A stretch of 64,000 bases of DNA from Ascidiaceihabitans sp. (GTDB lineage: Bacteria; Pseudomonadota; Alphaproteobacteria; Rhodobacterales; Rhodobacteraceae). Of this stretch, positions 1 through 10,015 are shown in pieces. The notes beneath the pieces were generated by a model. It made no database searches and was not told the DNA's origin. It saw nothing but the letters and a program-made list of their open reading frames with translations. The DNA is taken from the NCBI GenBank assembly GCA_028388995.1, contig JAOEQC010000001.1, positions 2,293 to 66,292 of the forward strand, read 5' to 3'. How positions within the stretch are numbered: the stretch's first letter is position 1; every line of letters starts with the position of its first letter. The translations under genes and the position numbers were made by a program.

Positions 1-1
1 T

Positions 2-88
2 CAGGGGCTGGCTGAGCGATTTGCAGCGCTCAACCTTGAAACTACGGGTTGTTTCGAAACATGGGATGGCCGCGCCCACGACCTTTGA
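2..88 (+). CDS. 3' end of an upstream gene, probably an SDR-family oxidoreductase (partial)
   Basis: Open frame QGLAERFAALNLETTGCFETWDGRAHDL* ending TGA 86-88; resembles the TG.F..WDG C-terminus of CsgA-like SDRs. Confidence 0.4.
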   Translation, partial: QGLAERFAALNLETTGCFETWDGRAHDL

Positions 89-192
89 TGGTTCGCTGCA
101 ATGTCTCTGATGCGGCTTTGAGCCGCTCATGGTGCTTGTGATTGGCCCCATCTGCGCGTAAACCGCCCGTGAATTTAAGACGAGAGGTTTTC

Positions 193-1431
193 ATGCCGGT
201 TCTGGTGATGAAGTTTGGTGGCACGTCAGTTGCCACGTTAGATCGGATCAAACGTGCGGCCAAACGGGTCGGCGTTGAAGTGGCCAAAGGCTATGACGTC
301 ATCGTCATTGTCTCTGCCATGTCTGGTAAAACCAATGAATTGGTGGGGTGGGTCAACGAGACCTCACCTATGTATGACGCACGCGAGTACGATGCGATTG
401 TATCGTCTGGCGAAAACGTCACGGCAGGCTTAATGGCGTTGACCTTGCAAGAGATGGACGTGCCTGCACGCTCTTGGCAGGGCTGGCAAGTGCCGGTCAA
501 AACTACATCGGCGCACGCTGCGGCGCGGATCGAAGAAATCCCGAATGACAATATCATGGGCAGCTTCGGCAACGGAATGCGCGTCGCTGTTGTTGCTGGC
601 TTTCAGGGCGTTTCGCCTGAGGGTCGCATTACAACATTGGGTCGTGGTGGTTCTGATACCACGGCTGTCGCCTTTGCTGCTGCATTCGATGCAGAGCGTT
701 GCGACATCTACACGGATGTGGACGGTATCTACACAACCGACCCACGCGTTTGCAAAAAGGCCCGCAAGCTGGATCGCATCGCATTTGAAGAAATGTTGGA
801 GCTGGCGTCCTTGGGTGCCAAAGTTTTGCAGACCCGCTCTGTTGAGTTGGCAATGCGTTACAAAGTTAAGCTGCGCGTCTTAAGCAGCTTTGAAGAACAA
901 TCAGACGAAGCCGGTACGCTGGTTTGTGCGGAGGAAGAAATCATGGAAAGCAATGTAGTCGCCGGAGTCGCGTTTAGTCGTGACGAAGCCAAGATGACCT
1001 TGATCTCGGTTGCGGATCGCCCTGGAATTGCTGCGCTGATCTTTACCGCGCTTAGCGATGCTGGCGTGAACGTCGATATGATCGTGCAAAACATCTCTGA
1101 AGAAGGCCGTACGGACATGACGTTCAGCTGCCCAACGGACCAAGTGGCCCGCGCAGAAGCTGCAATGGCCGAAGCCAAGACAACAGGCACAATCAACTTC
1201 GCAGAACTTATTGCGGATACTGAAGTGGCTAAAGTTTCAGTTGTTGGCATCGGTATGCGTTCGCACACAGGTGTTGCGGCGAAAATGTTCCAAGTGATGA
1301 GTGCTGAAGGTATTAACCTTAAGGTCATTACCACGTCAGAGATCAAGATTTCCGTCCTGATTGATCGGAAATACATGGAACTTGCTGTCCAAGCCCTGCA
1401 TGATGCATTTGAACTGGACAAAGCGGCTTAA
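193..1431 (+). CDS. lysC: Aspartate kinase
   Basis: VMKFGGTSV, TLGRGGSDTTA and YTDVDGIYTTDP motifs, two C-terminal ACT domains; ATG at 193 after GAGAGG. Confidence 0.97.
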   Translation: MPVLVMKFGGTSVATLDRIKRAAKRVGVEVAKGYDVIVIVSAMSGKTNELVGWVNETSPMYDAREYDAIVSSGENVTAGLMALTLQEMDVPARSWQGWQVPVKTTSAHAAARIEEIPNDNIMGSFGNGMRVAVVAGFQGVSPEGRITTLGRGGSDTTAVAFAAAFDAERCDIYTDVDGIYTTDPRVCKKARKLDRIAFEEMLELASLGAKVLQTRSVELAMRYKVKLRVLSSFEEQSDEAGTLVCAEEEIMESNVVAGVAFSRDEAKMTLISVADRPGIAALIFTALSDAGVNVDMIVQNISEEGRTDMTFSCPTDQVARAEAAMAEAKTTGTINFAELIADTEVAKVSVVGIGMRSHTGVAAKMFQVMSAEGINLKVITTSEIKISVLIDRKYMELAVQALHDAFELDKAA

Positions 1432-1482
1432 CTCCCAAAATATTGGGAGGGCTCTGAACAATATGAGGGAGCGCTGTCCGAG

Positions 1483-3723
1483 ATGGTCGAAAGTAAAGAA
1501 ACAGAAAGCCGCAAGCTGCTGGGTCGTTTGCGCGATGCAATGGCCGGTGATGATCCCGGACAAGAACGTCTGAATAAGATCACTACTTTGATTGCTGGTA
1601 GCATTGGCACTGAGGTGTGTTCTATCTATCTGTTTCTTGACGACGAAACACTTGAGCTTTGCGCCACCGATGGTTTGAACCGTGATGCGGTTCACCAGAC
1701 GCGTTTGAAATTGGGCGAAGGTCTGGTTGGGCGCGTTGCGAGCCGCCGCCGCGTAATCAACACCCCCGATGCGCCAAACCAAGCGGGCTTTCGGTTTATG
1801 CCTGAAACTGGAGAGGAGAGCTTTTCCTCATTCCTAGGTGTCCCCATTCAGCGTTTGGGCGAATCCCTTGGCGTTTTGGTTGTACAATCCAAAGACGCAC
1901 GCGTTTACACCGCCGACGAAATTTATGCACTCGAAGTTGTAGCGATGGTACTTGCAGAAATGACCGAACTGGGTGCCTTTGTTGGGGGCGAAGGTTCAGC
2001 CATGCTGGCCCGTCACTCACAACCGTCCATGTTGCGCGGCACCGTTGCTCAAGAAGGCGTTGCCGAGGGCTATATCTGGCTGCATGAACCGCGCGTTGTT
2101 GTGACGAACCCCATTGCGGATGATCCGCACCGCGAGCTCGAGCGCCTGTCAGAGGCCGTTGAAGAGCTACGTGTTGGCGTGGATAAGATGATGGAAATGG
2201 CAGGAGACGGCGAACAGCGCCAAGTGCTTGAAGCTTACCGTATGTTTGCCAATTCCAAGGGCTGGATGCGTCGGATGCAAGAAGACATTGGTCGTGGGCT
2301 AAGTGCCGAAGCCGCTGTTGAGAAAGAACAATCCCTTGCCCGTGCACGTATGGGGCAGGTCCCAGACAGTTATTTGCGTGAACGCTTGAGTGACTTGGAC
2401 GATCTATCCAATCGTATGTTGCGGATTCTGACAGGGCAGGGCCGGAACACAGGCGCTGAAATGCCTGCTAATCCAATCCTGGTTGCCAACAATATCGGTC
2501 CTGCTGAGCTGTTGGAATATGGCCGTTCCCTTAAGGGCATCATCCTAGAAAAGGGATCAGTGGGCAGTCATGCAGCTATTGTTGCGCGTGCCTTGGCGAT
2601 TCCATTGATAGTGCATGTGGACCGCATCACTATCGAAGCTTTGAACGGCGATCATGTGATGTTGGACGGGGAGCAAGGTATTGTTCACCTGCGCCCTGAT
2701 GAAACTGTGGTTTCAGCGTTCCGTGACAAAATCGCGATGGAGGCTGAGGCGCAGCAACGCTATGCGTCGATCCGTGACAAACCCGCGATGACCAAATGTG
2801 GGTCGCTGATCGAATTGCACATGAACGCTGGTTTGATGGCCGACTTGCCATCTCTAGAACATTCCGGAGCTGAAGGGGTTGGCCTGTTTCGTACCGAACT
2901 TCAGTTCTTGGTCCGCTCGCGTATGCCGACACGCTCTGAGTTAAGTGCCTTTTATGGCCGCGTTCTGGATGCTGCACCAGGCAAACAGGTTGTGTTTCGT
3001 ACCCTTGATATTGGGTCCGATAAGGTGCTGCCTTATATGAAGCCCAACGATGAACCCAATCCTGCACTGGGATGGCGCGCTATTCGTGTGGCGCTGGATA
3101 AACCGGGAATCATGCGGATGCAGTTACAGGCTTTGATCCGCGCGGCGAATGGGCGTCCTTTGACGGTGATGTTCCCGTTTGTTGCCCAGTATGAAGAATA
3201 CACGCAGGCCCGCGTAGAGGTGGACCGCACTTTGGCACGTGAAGCCAAGTTGGGGCATGTTTTACCAGAAAGCATCAAGATTGGTGCGATGCTTGAAACC
3301 CCAAGTCTTGGTTTTGCACCGCGAAAGTTCTTTGAAGAAGTCGATTTTATTTCGATTGGTGGCAATGACCTGAAGCAGTTCTTCTTTGCGGCTGATCGTG
3401 AGAATGAACGCGTGCGGAAACGCTATGACACTTTGAACGTCAGCTTCCTTAGCTTTTTGGAACAAATCGTTGAGCGCTGCGATCAGAGTAAAACCCCTGT
3501 TTCGTTTTGTGGTGAGGATGCTGGCCGTCCTGTTGAAGCGTTGTGTTTCGCCGCGATTGGCTTGCGCCGTTTGTCGATGCGCCCTGCCTCTATTGGTCCG
3601 ATCAAAAACTTGTTGCGCCGTTCTAACTTAGAAGAGGTACGTAAGGTTATCTTTGATGCGCGTCATCGTGGCGATATGTCGGTGCGCCCAGCGATCATGC
3701 AATGGCTGCGCGAAAACGGTTAA
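1483..3723 (+). CDS. ptsP: PEP-protein phosphotransferase EI-Ntr with N-terminal GAF domain
   Basis: GAF domain, phospho-His motif GSHAAIVARA, GVGLFRTE, RTLDIGSDK, NPALGWRAIR; lysC-ptsP adjacency is typical of Alphaproteobacteria. Confidence 0.96.
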   Translation: MVESKETESRKLLGRLRDAMAGDDPGQERLNKITTLIAGSIGTEVCSIYLFLDDETLELCATDGLNRDAVHQTRLKLGEGLVGRVASRRRVINTPDAPNQAGFRFMPETGEESFSSFLGVPIQRLGESLGVLVVQSKDARVYTADEIYALEVVAMVLAEMTELGAFVGGEGSAMLARHSQPSMLRGTVAQEGVAEGYIWLHEPRVVVTNPIADDPHRELERLSEAVEELRVGVDKMMEMAGDGEQRQVLEAYRMFANSKGWMRRMQEDIGRGLSAEAAVEKEQSLARARMGQVPDSYLRERLSDLDDLSNRMLRILTGQGRNTGAEMPANPILVANNIGPAELLEYGRSLKGIILEKGSVGSHAAIVARALAIPLIVHVDRITIEALNGDHVMLDGEQGIVHLRPDETVVSAFRDKIAMEAEAQQRYASIRDKPAMTKCGSLIELHMNAGLMADLPSLEHSGAEGVGLFRTELQFLVRSRMPTRSELSAFYGRVLDAAPGKQVVFRTLDIGSDKVLPYMKPNDEPNPALGWRAIRVALDKPGIMRMQLQALIRAANGRPLTVMFPFVAQYEEYTQARVEVDRTLAREAKLGHVLPESIKIGAMLETPSLGFAPRKFFEEVDFISIGGNDLKQFFFAADRENERVRKRYDTLNVSFLSFLEQIVERCDQSKTPVSFCGEDAGRPVEALCFAAIGLRRLSMRPASIGPIKNLLRRSNLEEVRKVIFDARHRGDMSVRPAIMQWLRENG

Positions 3724-4685
3724 GCGACACCTGCGTGCAGTAAATCATGGATTTGTAGAACACCCACGGGTTTGCCTTGATCATCGACAACCATCAGCAC
3801 ACCGATTTTGCGATCATTGAGCCGTGCAAGCGCTTGGGCCGCGAATAGGTCTGGTGTGACTGTTACAGGGGATGGATTGGCGATTTCGCCAGTTTTCATC
3901 ACAATCAGGTTTCCCATGTTGTGCCGCAAATCCCCATCGGTGATGACGCCGTTCAGGCGACCATCCTAGCGGGTGGTGACTGCAATTCCGAACCCCTTTG
4001 AAGCCATCGTGATCAAGACATCGCTCATGGGCATATCGGCACCGACCAAAGGTAGGGCGTCACCATCATGCATAAGGTCAGAGACCCGCGCCAGTTGTGC
4101 ACCAAGTTTTCCACCCGGAAGGAATTTGAGGACGTCTTCGGAATTGAAACCACGCAATTCCATCACCGCAACGGCCAGTGCATCGCCCAAAGCCAAAGTC
4201 AGTGTGGTAGATGTTGTTGGGGCCATGCCAATGGTGCAGGCCTCTGACAATTTGGGCAGTGTGAGCAAATAGTCGGCTGCTTGCATCAACGTGCTGTCAG
4301 GGTTGGAGGATATACCGATCAAAGGAATCGAAAACCTGCGTGTCTAGCGAATAAGGTCGCCCAGTTTCGATGTTTCCCCAGAGTTTGAGATAAGAATACA
4401 ACCGTCATCCTACGTGACCATGCCCAGATCGCCGTTACTTGCTGCTGACGCGTGTAAGAAATCAGATGGGGTGCCAGTGGATGCCAAAGTGGTGGAAATT
4501 TTGCGCCTGATGTGGCCTGATTTGCCGATACCAGCAACAATCACACGGCCCTCAAGCCCAAGGATAAGCTGTGCGGCGGCTGCAAAGTCTGCGGGCATAC
4601 CTTTGGCCATTTGCGAGATCGCATCAGCTTCGATGTTTAGAACACATTTTCCGATCTAGGTGGTGGCGGAGCTGCCTTGGGTCAT
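3720..4685 (-). pseudogene. kpsF: KpsF/GutQ arabinose-5-phosphate isomerase (SIS + CBS), disrupted
   Basis: One 322-codon frame from ATG 4685 to TAA 3720 with in-frame TAG at 4656, 4410, 4344 and 3966; GIGKSGH, ISNSGET, MAPTTSTT, PGGKLG and GVITDGDLR motifs; conserved His residues altered (ASNGDLG, FLPGG). Confidence 0.9.
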
Positions 4686-4745
4686 ATTGATCCAGGATTG
4701 TTGCTTGAGAAAGGAATACATCGTTGTGTCGGATAATACCCGTGT

Positions 4746-4787
4746 GCCCAAAAAGGAGGCATTTACCCTCTTTTTTGGGCTATTTTT
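4746..4787 (+). terminator. Hairpin with T-rich tail (intrinsic terminator-like)
   Basis: GCCCAAAAAGGAGG-CATTTAC-CCTCTTTTTTGGGC, 14-bp stem with one G:T pair, followed by TATTTTT. Confidence 0.5.
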
Positions 4788-5108
4788 GGGCCATTTGTTT
4801 GACAATCCGTTTCCCCCATGTTGTGTGTCCGTTAATTTAAAATGACGGGAAGACGACACCATTTCGTTTGTATCAACATTTTCGAATTTGAGCGGTGCTC
4901 TGAACGTGTTGCTGGCGCTGGGAAATTGCGCGGGCCAAGGACAGAGCGAGCTGAACGCTTGGTTTGAGCCATCATGAGATAAGTGAATCACGAATCATAA
5001 TTACCGATTACGCGCCACCTGTGGTGGATATAAAAAATTTGATCAGGCTGCCCCTTAAGGCGCTGCATAATTAATCAAACACCAAAATAAAAAGCTGGGA
5101 TACCTTAC

Positions 5109-8100
5109 ATGGCTAACTTCGAAAAAATCCTGATCGCCAACCGTGGTGAGATCGCCATTCGCATTATGCGTGCTGCGAATGAGATGGGAAAAAAGACTGT
5201 TGCGGTTTTTGCTGAAGAAGACAAATTGGGCCTACACCGTTTCAAAGCTGATGAAGCGTATCGCATTGGCGAGGGCATGGGCCCAGTTGCGGCATATCTG
5301 TCCATCGAGGAAATTATCCGCGTGGCCAAGATGTCTGGCGCAGACGCGGTTCACCCAGGCTATGGTTTGTTGTCAGAAAATCCCGAGTTTGTAGATGCCT
5401 GTACTGATGCTGGTATTACATTCATTGGCCCTAAGGCCGCAACCATGCGCCAATTGGGCGATAAGGCGTCTGCTCGTGATGTTGCTGTTGAGTCTGGTGT
5501 TCCAGTTATTCCAGCGACTGAAGTTCTGGGCGAGGACATGGCCCTGGTTAAGAAGCAGGCGGCTGAAGTTGGTTATCCTCTGATGTTGAAGGCGTCATGG
5601 GGTGGTGGTGGTCGCGGAATGCGCGCCATCATGAACGAAGAAGAACTGGAAGAAAAAGTTCTGGAAGGTCGCCGTGAAGCTGAATCTGCGTTTGGCAACG
5701 GTGAGGGTTATCTTGAACGGATGATCATGAAGGCCCGCCACGTTGAGGTGCAAATTCTTGGGGATAGCCACGGCCAAATTTACCACCTTTGGGAACGCGA
5801 TTGTTCAGTACAACGCCGCAACCAAAAAGTGGTTGAACGCGCGCCGGCCCCGTATCTGTCAGAAGAACAGCGCGAAAAAATCTGCGAACTTGGCCGCAAA
5901 ATTTGTGAGCATGTGAATTATGAATGTGCGGGTACTGTCGAATTCCTGATGGATATGGATGATGGTGAATTCTACTTCATCGAAGTAAATCCACGTGTTC
6001 AAGTTGAGCACACCGTGACCGAAGAGGTTACAGGGATTGATATTGTACGTTCACAAATTCTGATTGCTGAAGGCAAAACATTGGCTGAGGCCACAGGCTG
6101 TGCGTCCCAAGCAGATGTTAAGTTGGATGGTCACGCTTTGCAGTGCCGTGTGACAACTGAAGATCCGCAAAACAACTTTATCCCTGATTATGGTCGCATC
6201 CAGATGTATCGTTCGGCCACTGGTCCGGGCATCCGTCTTGATGGTGGTACTGCCTATTCTGGTGCTGTGATCACCCGTTTTTACGACAGTTTGCTGACCA
6301 AAGTGACGGCACGCGCCGCCACGCCTGAAATGGCGATTGCACGTATGGACCGTGCGCTGCGTGAGTTCCGTATTCGCGGTGTATCTACCAACATTGCGTT
6401 TGTGGAAAACCTGCTGAAGCACCCTGTTTTCTTGAACAATGAATACCACACCAAGTTCATCGACGAGACACCAAGCCTGTTTGATTTCAAAGCGCGCCGT
6501 GACCGCGCGACGAAATTGTTGACATATATTGCTGATATTACGGTGAACGGGCACCCTGAAACATTTGCCCGTGCCAAGCCGTCGACTGAGGTGAAGCTGC
6601 CGAAACCACCAGTGAAACCAACCACTGATGTTGCAGACGGCACCCGCCAAATTTTGGACCAACAAGGCCCAGAGGCTGTGGCCAACTGGATGCGCGATCA
6701 GTCGCAACTGTTGATCACCGATACAACGATGCGTGATGGGCACCAATCTCTGTTGGCGACTCGTATGCGTTCTATCGACATGGTCAATGTTGCACCTGCA
6801 TATGCTGCCAAAATGAACCAATTGTTCAGTGTTGAGTGCTGGGGTGGTGCGACGTTTGATGTGGCGTATCGTTTCTTGCAGGAATGCCCATGGCAGCGTT
6901 TGCGCGACATTCGTGTGGCGATGCCAAACATCATGACGCAAATGTTGCTGCGTGCTTCTAACGGTGTTGGTTATACGAACTACCCAGATAACGTGGTGCA
7001 ATCATTTGTCGGCCAAGCGGCCGACAGTGGTGTGGATGTGTTCCGCGTGTTTGACAGCCTGAACTGGGTTGAAAACATGCGTGTTGCTATGGATGCCGTT
7101 GGTAAATCGGGCAAAGTGATTGAGGGCACCATTTGTTACACGGGTGATCTGCTTGATCCTGCGCGTGATAAGTATGACCTGAAATACTATGTTGGCATGG
7201 CCAAGGAACTTGAAGCCGCTGGCGCACATGTTTTGGGTCTGAAAGACATGGCTGGTTTGTTGAAGCCTGCGGCGGGCCGTGCGCTGGTTAAAGCGCTGAA
7301 AGAAGAAACTAATCTTCCGATCCACTTCCACACACACGATACCTCTGGTGCTGCGATTGCGACGGTTCTGGCTGTTTCTGAGGCGGGCGTTGATGTTGTT
7401 GATGCGGCAATGGATGCATTTTCTGGCAACACGTCCCAGCCAACACTAGGCTCAATCGTCGAGGCGCTGAAAGGCACCGATCGTGATACAGGTCTAGACG
7501 TCAAAGCGATCCGCGAAATCAGCAACTATTTTGAGCAGGTGCGTGGTCACTACACTGCGTTTGAATCAGGTCTTCAGGCCCCAGCGTCTGAGGTATATTT
7601 GCACGAGATGCCCGGTGGTCAGTTCACCAACCTAAAAGCGCAGGCGCGCTCTTTGGGATTGGAAGAGCGCTGGCATGAAGTGGCGCAGACCTATGCAGAC
7701 GTGAACCAAATGTTTGGTGACATCGTTAAAGTGACCCCGTCGTCCAAAGTTGTGGGTGACATGGCGTTGATGATGGTCAGCCAAAACCTAACCCGTACGC
7801 AGGTTGAAGACCCTGCAACGGACGTTGTGTTCCCTGACTCTGTTGTGGACATGATGAAGGGCTCTTTGGGTCAACCTCCGGGTGGCTGGCCTGCTGACAT
7901 CCAGAAGAAGATCTTGAAAGGCGAGGCGGCATCTACGGATCGTCCGGGCGCAATGTTGGCTCCAGTTGACCTTGAGGCGACGCGCAAAGGTTTGTCCAAA
8001 CAGTTGGATGGTCGCCGCGTCGATGATGAGGATTTGAACGGTTACTTGATGTATCCCAAAGTGTTCTTGGACTACATGGGCCGTCACCGCACTTATGGTC

Positions 8101-8552
8101 CTGTGCGCACATTGCCAACTTCGACTTTCTTTTATGGTATGAACCCAGGCGAAGAAATCAGCGCTGAAATTGATCCAGGTAAGACGCTTGAGATCCGCAT
8201 GCAGGCTGTGTCCGAAGTATCGGAAGATGGCGGCGTTAAAGTGTTCTTTGAACTGAACGGCCAACCGCGCACCATTCGCGTGATGAACCGTTTGGCATCG
8301 TCTGAAAAGATTACCCGTCCAAAAGCGGAAGCCGGCAATGCCAACCACATTGGTGCGCCTATGCCGGGTGTTGTGGCTACCATTGCCGTGACTGCTGGTA
8401 AAGAAGTCAAAGAGGGTGATCTGTTGTTGACCATCGAAGCGATGAAGATGGAAACAGGTATTCACGCAGAACGCGATGCCGTTGTGAAAGCGATCCATGT
8501 GAACGCTGGCAGCCAAATCGATGCCAAAGACCTGTTGGTTGAGCTAGAGTAA
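5109..8552 (+). CDS. pyc: Pyruvate carboxylase
   Basis: Biotin carboxylase (ANRGEIA, GGGGRGMR, ERDCSVQRRNQK), carboxyltransferase (RDGHQSLLATR, HFHTHDT) and biotinyl EAMKM domains. Confidence 0.98.
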   Translation: MANFEKILIANRGEIAIRIMRAANEMGKKTVAVFAEEDKLGLHRFKADEAYRIGEGMGPVAAYLSIEEIIRVAKMSGADAVHPGYGLLSENPEFVDACTDAGITFIGPKAATMRQLGDKASARDVAVESGVPVIPATEVLGEDMALVKKQAAEVGYPLMLKASWGGGGRGMRAIMNEEELEEKVLEGRREAESAFGNGEGYLERMIMKARHVEVQILGDSHGQIYHLWERDCSVQRRNQKVVERAPAPYLSEEQREKICELGRKICEHVNYECAGTVEFLMDMDDGEFYFIEVNPRVQVEHTVTEEVTGIDIVRSQILIAEGKTLAEATGCASQADVKLDGHALQCRVTTEDPQNNFIPDYGRIQMYRSATGPGIRLDGGTAYSGAVITRFYDSLLTKVTARAATPEMAIARMDRALREFRIRGVSTNIAFVENLLKHPVFLNNEYHTKFIDETPSLFDFKARRDRATKLLTYIADITVNGHPETFARAKPSTEVKLPKPPVKPTTDVADGTRQILDQQGPEAVANWMRDQSQLLITDTTMRDGHQSLLATRMRSIDMVNVAPAYAAKMNQLFSVECWGGATFDVAYRFLQECPWQRLRDIRVAMPNIMTQMLLRASNGVGYTNYPDNVVQSFVGQAADSGVDVFRVFDSLNWVENMRVAMDAVGKSGKVIEGTICYTGDLLDPARDKYDLKYYVGMAKELEAAGAHVLGLKDMAGLLKPAAGRALVKALKEETNLPIHFHTHDTSGAAIATVLAVSEAGVDVVDAAMDAFSGNTSQPTLGSIVEALKGTDRDTGLDVKAIREISNYFEQVRGHYTAFESGLQAPASEVYLHEMPGGQFTNLKAQARSLGLEERWHEVAQTYADVNQMFGDIVKVTPSSKVVGDMALMMVSQNLTRTQVEDPATDVVFPDSVVDMMKGSLGQPPGGWPADIQKKILKGEAASTDRPGAMLAPVDLEATRKGLSKQLDGRRVDDEDLNGYLMYPKVFLDYMGRHRTYGPVRTLPTSTFFYGMNPGEEISAEIDPGKTLEIRMQAVSEVSEDGGVKVFFELNGQPRTIRVMNRLASSEKITRPKAEAGNANHIGAPMPGVVATIAVTAGKEVKEGDLLLTIEAMKMETGIHAERDAVVKAIHVNAGSQIDAKDLLVELE

Positions 8553-8703
8553 CACCCAACTGCATTTGAGATTGAGTAGGGCGTGAGGCAATAATTTCGT
8601 TTCACGCTCGATTTGTTTGTAGGGGGCATTGTTTGCGCAACGCTAAGGGCTATGGTTTCTTCATAGTGCGGGCCAAACGTGGCCCTAGAAAGGCTGTGGG
8701 CAG

Positions 8704-9318
8704 ATGAGCGATCTTAAGAACTTAATTGATGCGATAGCCGCAGTACCATTGCGCGGTGGCAGACGGATCATTGCAATTGTTGGTGCACCAGCGAGTGGAA
8801 AATCAACACTGGCTGAAACGCTATCTGCTTATATCCCCAATTATTGCATCGTCCCGATGGACGGGTTCCACCGCGACAACGATGATCTTTCACACCATGA
8901 TTTACTGTCACACAAAGGCGCGCCTGAGACATTTGATGTTGCTGGTTTTCTCACGGTTGTGCGGTCCTTGGCCAAACAAGGCGAAGTTGATTTCCCAGTC
9001 TTTGATCGGGGCAATGATTGTGTCGTTGAACAGGGTGGCAAAATTTTGGCTACGGATGAGACGATTATAGTCGAGGGGAACTATCTGTTGCTGGACGAGA
9101 TGCCATGGTGCGATTTGGCCAAGTACTGGGATTTCAGCGTATTTCTGGATGTGCCATTAGAGGTTCTAGAAACGCGGTTAGTTCAGCGTTGGTTGGACAA
9201 TGGGTATGATTATGACGGTGCTGTGAAACGTGCGCAGGGTAATGATATCCCGAATGCAAAGCGCACCGTTCAAAAGTCTATGAAGGCGGATCATGTTGTG
9301 TCGCTGGACAGTCTGTAG
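8704..9318 (+). CDS. YggC/FrcK-like P-loop kinase (nucleoside/pantothenate kinase-like)
   Basis: Walker A GAPASGKST, PMDGFH, KGAPETFD, IVEGNYLLL. Confidence 0.85.
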   Translation: MSDLKNLIDAIAAVPLRGGRRIIAIVGAPASGKSTLAETLSAYIPNYCIVPMDGFHRDNDDLSHHDLLSHKGAPETFDVAGFLTVVRSLAKQGEVDFPVFDRGNDCVVEQGGKILATDETIIVEGNYLLLDEMPWCDLAKYWDFSVFLDVPLEVLETRLVQRWLDNGYDYDGAVKRAQGNDIPNAKRTVQKSMKADHVVSLDSL

Positions 9319-9319
9319 C

Positions 9320-9520
9320 GTGATAAAATTAGGAACAATTGCAAATAGCAAAATCAGCATCACGTGCGGTGCCTGTCAGCATCAAGCGGTGCTAGAGGTG
9401 GCAAACCTTATCTTTGTCGTTGGCGAAGATGCGACAACCCACGATGTAAGGCAACGCCACGTGTGCCCAAAATGTAATTCAAAAGGTAATAATACCTATA
9501 AAGTCTTATCGGTCGGGTAA
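9320..9520 (+). CDS. Small zinc-ribbon-like protein (66 aa)
   Basis: GTG start 1 nt after the upstream stop; CGAC...CPKC Cys pairs. Confidence 0.6.
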   Translation: MIKLGTIANSKISITCGACQHQAVLEVANLIFVVGEDATTHDVRQRHVCPKCNSKGNNTYKVLSVG

Positions 9521-9541
9521 GGCCGCTCGGCGTTTTACCCG
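9514..9541. terminator. Hairpin between convergent small genes
   Basis: CGGGTAAGGC...GTTTTACCCG inverted repeat. Confidence 0.45.
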
Positions 9542-9567
9542 CAGCCCCACCCGTATTCGCGGTTAAA

Positions 9568-9687
9568 TTACTTAGCAGCTTGTTTGGCTTCGTAAGCCGC
9601 CTTCTTTTCTTTGTACTGTTCTTCGGTCAGGTTGTGCCACCCGATGCAGTTACCTGTCGGGCTGCGCCCACATCCACATTCAGCCAT
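9568..9687 (-). CDS. 39-aa protein with CDGSH-like Cys3-His motif
   Basis: MAECGCGRSPTGNCIGWHNLTEEQYKEKKAAYEAKQAAK*; AAGGAG Shine-Dalgarno 6 nt upstream of the ATG; below the ORF-track length cutoff. Confidence 0.8.
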   Translation of the reverse strand: MAECGCGRSPTGNCIGWHNLTEEQYKEKKAAYEAKQAAK

Positions 9688-10015
9688 GTTAAACTCCTTT
9701 ATCGTTTCATAATATATTAAGTGATGTTTGGATCGTTTTTGGCAAGCAAATACAGTGAAATTTCTCTCAACAATTCCGGTGATCTAAACACGAGTTCGTA
9801 CCGTACCTGGTAAGTAATCAACATCTGTTGATACTAATTTCAATGGGGTGCAAACATGTCTGACAACTCCAGCCAGACACATTTCAAAGCTCGCCAAGTT
9901 AGACAAGTTCATCGCGCGGAACAAAACCAACAATAAGCCGACACTGGCCGCCGCTAACGTCTGAGGGCGCTGCACAGAGGAAGGGGCTACTGAAACGCGA
10001 TGCTCCAACACCCCG

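Noticed and set aside
3720-4685. Genome-wide TAG recoding
   Set aside because: Intact genes end in TAG at expected positions (e.g. 9318, 13409, 47576) and kpsF also has missense damage.
6051-7001. Long antisense ORFs (also 45512-46438, 7788-8516, 20050-20697)
   Set aside because: Shadows of strongly biased sense genes, with no motifs of their own.
9817-9832. Palindrome ATCAACA-TC-TGTTGAT as an FNR box
   Set aside because: Half-sites are in the wrong order and spacing for TTGAT-N4-ATCAA; single occurrence.
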